Shown: positions 48,441 through 48,485 of the stretch, piece by piece
Layout of the letters: the number at the start of each line of letters is the position of its first letter
How positions within the stretch are numbered: position 1 is the first letter of the stretch
Source: Malacoraja senta
Lineage: Eukaryota
DNA: 48,485 bases
Direction of reading: 5' to 3'
Assembly: GCA_038087875.1 (NCBI GenBank)
Contig: JAXLNO010000502.1
Span: 62,001-110,485, forward strand
Position numbers and translations under genes: made by a program
Notes under the pieces: model-generated
Database searches by the model: none
What the model saw: only the letters and a program-made list of their open reading frames with translations
Told to the model about the DNA's origin: nothing

Positions 48441-48485
48441 CTGTTTGAAGTGTGCTATAAAAGCTGTAATTTGGAATTAATGCGG

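Overview
Eukaryotic, repeat-dense vertebrate genomic DNA. It is most likely a cartilaginous fish (skate/ray), inferred from an HE1-like V-SINE, HER1/CR1-type LINEs and shark-type Penelope remnants. Most ORFs in the supplied track are decayed LINE reverse-transcriptase fragments (CR1, L1, L2, Rex1/Babar) or tandem-repeat artefacts. The host genes are spliced and mostly missed by the track. (1) A complete 4-exon C11orf98 orthologue on + (7431-12980, 113 aa). (2) The first coding exon of a divergent gene on - (6722-6782, mitochondrial-presequence-like; CSKMT/METTL12 is suggested only by human synteny). It shares a CpG-rich bidirectional promoter containing a 45-bp E-box/CRE minisatellite. (3) The 3' part of a CEACAM/HEPACAM-like Ig receptor on - (Ig exon 46589-46864, TM exon 43896-44030, candidate tail exon 38702-38805). 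Also present are a candidate SNORA57/U99-like H/ACA snoRNA in C11orf98 intron 1, Penelope-associated minimal hammerhead cores, nested L1 insertions with clear TSDs and twin-priming, two non-autonomous DNA transposons, a ~1.6-kb local duplication and a LINE-derived minisatellite. I see no evidence for a wholly new biological system, a CRISPR array or prokaryotic genes. Most TE boundaries are approximate.
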